From a bacterium (lineage in GTDB: Bacteria; Zhuqueibacterota; Zhuqueibacteria; Oceanimicrobiales; Oceanimicrobiaceae): a stretch of 64,000 bases of DNA. Both the position numbers and the translations under genes were made by a program. The notes below the pieces were generated by a model. That model worked only from the letters and a program-made list of their open reading frames with translations. It was not told the DNA's origin and made no database searches. Below, piece after piece: positions 59,131-64,000 of this stretch. How positions within the stretch are numbered: position 1 is the stretch's first letter; each line of letters opens with the position of its first letter. Where the stretch lies: assembly GCA_037446635.1 (NCBI GenBank), contig JBBIIG010000003.1, positions 23,302 through 87,301 of the forward strand. Reading direction: 5' to 3'.

Positions 59131-60888
59131 ATGAAACAACGCTTAATTTGCCTTCTCTGCCTGACACTCGTCGCGGTTGCGCCGGCGCAGGAATTAGACT
59201 CGCCTTCCAAGCAACTTCAACAGCTCTTCAACGATTACTGGGAATACACCCTCGAAGAAAATCCGCTGCTCGCTACCTCGCACGGCGATTTGCGCTACAA
59301 CGACAAGTTGAGCGAAGCCGGTTTAGAGGCCAGCCGCAAAAGTTACGAAGCCGACCGCGCGTTTCTCGCTCGCATTCAACAGGTAGATCGCGCCGCCCTC
59401 TCTGCAGAGGATCAGCTCAACTACGATCTCTTCAAAGAGCAATTAGAGTGGCAAATCGAAGAGTTTCAATTCGGCAGCTATCTCGAAGCTGTCCACCAGC
59501 GCAGCGGCTTTCACCTTTTTCTACCTCGCTTCCACGAACGGGTACCGCTGCACACTCGCAAGCACTACGAGGATTATCTCGCCCGTCTCCAATCCATTCC
59601 CACTTTGATTGCCGGCGTGACGGAATTGCTGCAGGAAGGGCTGCGCCAGGGAAGAACGCCGCCGCGGCTGGTGCTCGAAGCGGTTCCCCAGCAAATCGCA
59701 ATGCTGGTGAATACGCCGGTCGAGGAATTCCCGCTCTACCACCCGTTTCTAAATTTCCCAGCGACAATTTCCAAACCCGATCAAAATACCTTGCGCCAGC
59801 GCGGAGAGAACATTTTAAAAAATGAGGTCTTGCCGGCGTTTGAACGCTTCGCCCAATTTTACAGAGACGAATTCATCCCCCAAGCCAAAACCGCAATCGG
59901 CGCCAGCCAACGCTACGCCGACGGCGAAAGGTTTTATGCCTTCCGGGTTCGGCGGTTCACCACCACGCACCTCACCGCCAAAGAAATTCACGAAATCGGT
60001 TTGAAAGAGGTGGAACGCATCAAAACGCGCATGTTGGAAATTATGAAAGAAACCAACTTCAGCGGCGGGTTTAGCGATTTCACCGAGTTTCTGCGCCGCG
60101 ACCCGCAATTTTATTATTCTAAACCGGAAGACCTGCTCAGCGGCTACCGCGATATCTGCAAACGCATGGACGCCGAACTGCCGAAGCTCTTCGGCAAGCT
60201 CCCGCGCGCCCCGTACGGGGTGCGCGAAATCCCGGCCCACGAAGCGCCGCGCGCCACCACCGCCTACTACAACCAACCCACCGCCGACGGCACCCGGCCC
60301 GGCTGGTTTTACGCCAACACCTACGATTTGAACAGCCGCCCGAAATATGAAATGGAGGCGCTGGCGTTTCACGAAGCCGTGCCCGGACATCATTTGCAAA
60401 TTGCTCTGCAGATGGAATTGGAAAACGTGCCGAAATTTCGCACCCTGGCCAGTTACACCGCCTTTGTGGAGGGCTGGGGGCTTTACGCCGAAAGCCTCGG
60501 CAAAGAGGTGGGATTTTATACCAATCCCTACTCCGAGTTTGGGTTTCTTTCCTACGAAATGTGGCGGGCGCTGCGGTTGGTGGTGGATACCGGGATCCAC
60601 GCCTTCGGCTGGTCGCGGGAGCAGGCCATCGAATACATGTTGGCGAACTCCGCCCTCACTCGCACCAACGTGGAAAACGAAGTCGATCGCTACATCGCCT
60701 GGCCGGGACAGGCGCTGGCCTACAAAATCGGGCAGATGAAAATCCGCGAGCTGCGGACCCGGGCTGAACTGGAGTTGGGCGAAACATTTGATGTGCGCGC
60801 CTTTCATGATCTCGTACTCAGCGCCGGCGCGGTCCCGTTAGATATTTTGGAAAAAAGAATCCACGAGTGGATTGCAGCGCAAAAATAA
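59131..60888 (+). CDS. DUF885 family protein (metallopeptidase-like)
   Basis: HEAVPGHHLQ, EGWGLYAE, RLVVDTG.H, PGQALAYK.G. Confidence 0.93.
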   Translation: MKQRLICLLCLTLVAVAPAQELDSPSKQLQQLFNDYWEYTLEENPLLATSHGDLRYNDKLSEAGLEASRKSYEADRAFLARIQQVDRAALSAEDQLNYDLFKEQLEWQIEEFQFGSYLEAVHQRSGFHLFLPRFHERVPLHTRKHYEDYLARLQSIPTLIAGVTELLQEGLRQGRTPPRLVLEAVPQQIAMLVNTPVEEFPLYHPFLNFPATISKPDQNTLRQRGENILKNEVLPAFERFAQFYRDEFIPQAKTAIGASQRYADGERFYAFRVRRFTTTHLTAKEIHEIGLKEVERIKTRMLEIMKETNFSGGFSDFTEFLRRDPQFYYSKPEDLLSGYRDICKRMDAELPKLFGKLPRAPYGVREIPAHEAPRATTAYYNQPTADGTRPGWFYANTYDLNSRPKYEMEALAFHEAVPGHHLQIALQMELENVPKFRTLASYTAFVEGWGLYAESLGKEVGFYTNPYSEFGFLSYEMWRALRLVVDTGIHAFGWSREQAIEYMLANSALTRTNVENEVDRYIAWPGQALAYKIGQMKIRELRTRAELELGETFDVRAFHDLVLSAGAVPLDILEKRIHEWIAAQK

Positions 60889-60954
60889 TGTGGGCGCACA
60901 ATTGGTGAGTGCATTAATTGCGCCAAATCCTGCGTAAAATTTTTATTTTTCAGC

Positions 60955-60983
60955 TTGACAAATTGCGAGCACTTTAGTATTAT
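60955..60983 (+). promoter_or_regulatory. Near-consensus sigma70 promoter
   Basis: TTGACA-17 bp-TATTAT upstream of the protease gene. Confidence 0.65.
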
Positions 60984-61047
60984 TTCCCCACTTTGTTTCC
61001 CACCTATTTATTCACAAAAACTTCTAACCAACTGCAAGGAGGAGGTT

Positions 61048-62115
61048 ATGAAGAAACCGTTTTATCGTTCCATGAACTGGATTTTGGGTTTCACGGCTGT
61101 GGCTCTGATCGTGACGCTGGTTTGGATTGGCTGCGGCGAAAAATACCAGACGCCCAGCGGCCCGGAGCAGCTTCAGGAGAACCTACTCAGTGCCGATAAT
61201 CCCCAAGTCAAAGCTGTGATGGAAATTCAGAACCGCCACACGAATGACCTCATGGCAAAAGCGGGGGTGGTTGGCGTCGGCACCGGGATGACAGAGGATG
61301 GCCGGCCGGCGATCGTCATTTTCACCACCGCTGAAACGCTGGCCAAGGGCGAACGGCTGCCGCTGGCGATTGAAGAGGTGCCGGTGGTCGTCGAGGTGAC
61401 CGGCGAATTCAAAGCCCTGCGAGGTGGGGGCAGCAGCTTCGACACCACCATCAAGCACCGTCCGGCGCCGAACGGCGTGTCGTTGGGGCATCCCGACATC
61501 ACGGCCGGCACACTGGGCTGCCTTGTCACCAAAAACAACACCATTTACATTTTGAGCAACAACCACGTGATGGCGGACGAGAACCAGGCCAGCATTGGGG
61601 ATAACATTTTACAACCCGGGACTTTTGACGGCGGACAAGATCCTGCTGACAGGATTGCGACGCTCTCCGAATTCGAGACCATTATCTTTTCTACCAGCGC
61701 CAGCAACGTGATCGACGCGGCGATTGCCGACGTGGATAATGACGCCGACGTGACCGGCGCTACGGAACCGGCTGGTTACGGCAGCCCGCGCTCCAACCCG
61801 ATCACTGCCGCAGTGGGTATGCGGGTGAAGAAATATGGCCGCACCACCAAGCAAACAACCGGCCGCGTCAGCGCCATCAACGCCACGGTCAACGTTGGCT
61901 ATTCGACGGGAGTCGCCCGCTTCGTCAACCAAATCGTGATTGGCGGCGGCAGCTTCAGCGCCGGCGGCGATTCCGGCTCCCTGATTGTTGTAAATGGCGG
62001 CTCAAATGACCGCCGGCCAGTGGGGCTGCTATTTGCCGGCAGCAGCACCTCCACCATTGCCAATCCCATTGGCGCCGTTTTATCAGAATTTGGGGTGACG
62101 GTTGTTGGGGATTAA
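61048..62115 (+). CDS. Trypsin-like serine protease lipoprotein with an N-terminal pro-like domain
   Basis: WIGC lipobox, GTLGC, SNNHV (His), IDAA (Asp), GDSGS (Ser), K.GRTT; AGGAGG RBS. Confidence 0.88.
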   Translation: MKKPFYRSMNWILGFTAVALIVTLVWIGCGEKYQTPSGPEQLQENLLSADNPQVKAVMEIQNRHTNDLMAKAGVVGVGTGMTEDGRPAIVIFTTAETLAKGERLPLAIEEVPVVVEVTGEFKALRGGGSSFDTTIKHRPAPNGVSLGHPDITAGTLGCLVTKNNTIYILSNNHVMADENQASIGDNILQPGTFDGGQDPADRIATLSEFETIIFSTSASNVIDAAIADVDNDADVTGATEPAGYGSPRSNPITAAVGMRVKKYGRTTKQTTGRVSAINATVNVGYSTGVARFVNQIVIGGGSFSAGGDSGSLIVVNGGSNDRRPVGLLFAGSSTSTIANPIGAVLSEFGVTVVGD

Positions 62116-62200
62116 CTAATTTGTAAATCAGAGTGTGAAAAAATGAGGGAAGAGTTTCGGAGGTAATCTACAAGCTCTTCCCTTTTGTTTTTGGTTTGAA

Positions 62201-62515
62201 ATGATGATTTCCAAAGTAATTCTCCCCATTCTGGCGGCGCTGACGATGACACTTGGCTGCACGCAGGACGCCGCTAAAGAGGATGCCATGCCGAAGAAAA
62301 GCATCGAAACCGTGCTAAAAGAACACACCGACGATTTGATGGCTCTGCCGGGCGTGGTGGGTACCGCGCAAAGTTTATGCAAAGGCCAGCCCTGCATCAA
62401 AATTTATGTCAGTGAAATGACGGATGAACTGCAGCAAAAACTTCCGAAAACTCTTGAGGGATATTTAGTCGATGTTGAAGTGACCGGCGAATTTCGCGCG
62501 CTGCCCAAAAAGTGA
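62201..62515 (+). CDS. Small lipoprotein homologous to the N-terminal domain of the upstream protease
   Basis: HTDDLMALPGVVG...LP..LEG..V.VEVTGEFRAL versus HTNDLMAKAGVVG...LP..IEE..V.VEVTGEFKAL. Confidence 0.8.
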   Translation: MMISKVILPILAALTMTLGCTQDAAKEDAMPKKSIETVLKEHTDDLMALPGVVGTAQSLCKGQPCIKIYVSEMTDELQQKLPKTLEGYLVDVEVTGEFRALPKK

Positions 62516-62516
62516 C

Positions 62517-64000
62517 TCACCAACTCACGCCAACCTGACCAAAATAGCGGTGCAGCCCCTTCCTCGCCTCGAGATTGGTGGCCTCCGCCCACAAATCCAC
62601 CGGGTTCAAATCGTCGGTCAAAACCGCGGCGTGGCTAATTTCCGGTACAAAGCGATTATCCCAGGCTCGATTTTGATGGAAAGCTGGAGTCTTCCCGTAA
62701 TTCAAATCGCGGACACCGGGGTCGAGCGGTTGAATGAACGTCAGCTCGTTTTGAGAAGCCAATAAAATGATGTTGCCAATCACCTCCGGCGCGTGAGAGA
62801 GTGGCAGCGCCAGCACATGTTCGAAATGCGGTTTGAGCGTCGCCGCCAGCGACCGCACTAAAATATGGTTCCAGCTTAGCGCCTCCACATTAATGGCCAA
62901 AATGCCGCCGGGTTTCAGCCGCGCCGCCGTCAAACCAAACGATTCCTTCGTCACCAGGTGGAACGGAATCGAGCTGCTGCCAAAGGCATCCAGGACGATG
63001 AGATCATAAAGCTGGTCTTTCTCTTTTAAAAATTTGCGGCCGTCCATCACAAACACCCGCGCCTCGGAAGAATCCAACCCGAAATATTCGTAGGCGACAT
63101 CGGCGACCTCCTGGTCAATTTCAACGGCATCGACGCGCCAACTGGCCTGCGCATAATTTTTCGCCACCGAACCGCCGCCCAATCCAATTAACAGCAACCG
63201 GCCCTGTTTTTCAAAAAAAAGCTTGGCAATATCCAGCACGGCAACATAAGGAAAAACAGAGCGATAACTTTCCAATTCGACGATGGAGTGAATGCCGCCA
63301 TCGATTACAAAATGGCGGCCGTTCTCCGTATCCACCACCCGCAACTCGGCGTAGGGACTGTGCCGAACCGCAATCAAGCCCTTCTCCAAATCAGCGCGCT
63401 GGCCCGGCGCTTTGGCAAACGCCAACACCGCCGCGCCCATCGCCAGCACCGAAATAAACGTCATCAATTTTGATTTTAAATGAAAGAGGAACCCCACTGC
63501 TGCCAGAATCAACAGCGCCGCGCCAATCGCAAACGTCAAGCGCGCCACGCCAAAATTGGGGATGAAAACAAAGCCGGTGAGCAGCGCGGAAATCACGCTG
63601 GCAAGGGTTGAAAGCGCGTAGATATCGCCGGCGGTGCGGCCCACGACGTTGAGGCTGGCGGCGCGCACGCGGATGGCGTACGGGCTGACCATCCCCAGCA
63701 GGGTCAGCGGCGGCACGAACAGAATGAACGCGGCGGTCAACACCGCAAACCGCAGCCCCAGGGGCTCGGAGACCGCCAGCACCGGACGGGTCAGCCAGGG
63801 GATGAGCAGCGTCCAGGCGCCGGCGCCGGCCACAATGTAGTAGAGCCGGGAAATTTTCGCTTCTTTATCCGCCCAGCGCCCGCCGATGGCGTAGCCGGCA
63901 CTGAGCGCAATTAGCGTCACCGTGATCAGCGCCGACCACAAAAACAGGCTGACGCCGTAAAACGGCCCCAAAATGCGCGTGCCCAAAATCTCGATCGCCA
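62517..64000 (-). CDS. Fused MFS-like membrane domain / spermidine synthase-like methyltransferase (5' end outside the window)
   Basis: R.L.P.YG.S...W, G..YA.ST, LIGLGGG, VEID, DGR.FL, D.IVLDAF, LTDD.NP. Confidence 0.9.
   Translation of the reverse strand, partial: AIEILGTRILGPFYGVSLFLWSALITVTLIALSAGYAIGGRWADKEAKISRLYYIVAGAGAWTLLIPWLTRPVLAVSEPLGLRFAVLTAAFILFVPPLTLLGMVSPYAIRVRAASLNVVGRTAGDIYALSTLASVISALLTGFVFIPNFGVARLTFAIGAALLILAAVGFLFHLKSKLMTFISVLAMGAAVLAFAKAPGQRADLEKGLIAVRHSPYAELRVVDTENGRHFVIDGGIHSIVELESYRSVFPYVAVLDIAKLFFEKQGRLLLIGLGGGSVAKNYAQASWRVDAVEIDQEVADVAYEYFGLDSSEARVFVMDGRKFLKEKDQLYDLIVLDAFGSSSIPFHLVTKESFGLTAARLKPGGILAINVEALSWNHILVRSLAATLKPHFEHVLALPLSHAPEVIGNIILLASQNELTFIQPLDPGVRDLNYGKTPAFHQNRAWDNRFVPEISHAAVLTDDLNPVDLWAEATNLEARKGLHRYFGQVGVSW

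Overview
A roughly 55% GC bacterial chromosomal window. The FlgD-Ig/T9SS-like C-terminal sorting domain, TamAB, ECF/anti-sigma/DUF4097 loci and microcompartment-linked deoC suggest an FCB-related lineage such as candidate phylum KSB1; this is inference only. It carries housekeeping genes (lepA-lepB-hemW, coaX, hisN-like, tamA-tamB, dNK, trpF, deoC-pdp, mdh), an ECF-linked TolC/MFP/RND export locus, orphan cytochrome oxidase subunits III/IV, three Uma2 paralogues, several mostly decayed toxin-antitoxin modules, and an Agl-Glt-like (TPR + TolQ/ExbD/ExbD + GltG-like) envelope motor cluster whose first TPR gene is broken at an A10 tract. The most striking signal is a set of at least four tiny (18-30 bp) palindromic elements that insert into genes and into each other. 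Every coding copy has a length divisible by three (18, 24, 27, 30 bp), while intergenic copies of one family are 19 bp. In tamB, all four are nested inside one another in a single 99-bp in-frame insertion. I recognised no rRNA, tRNA, CRISPR array, integrase or transposase.
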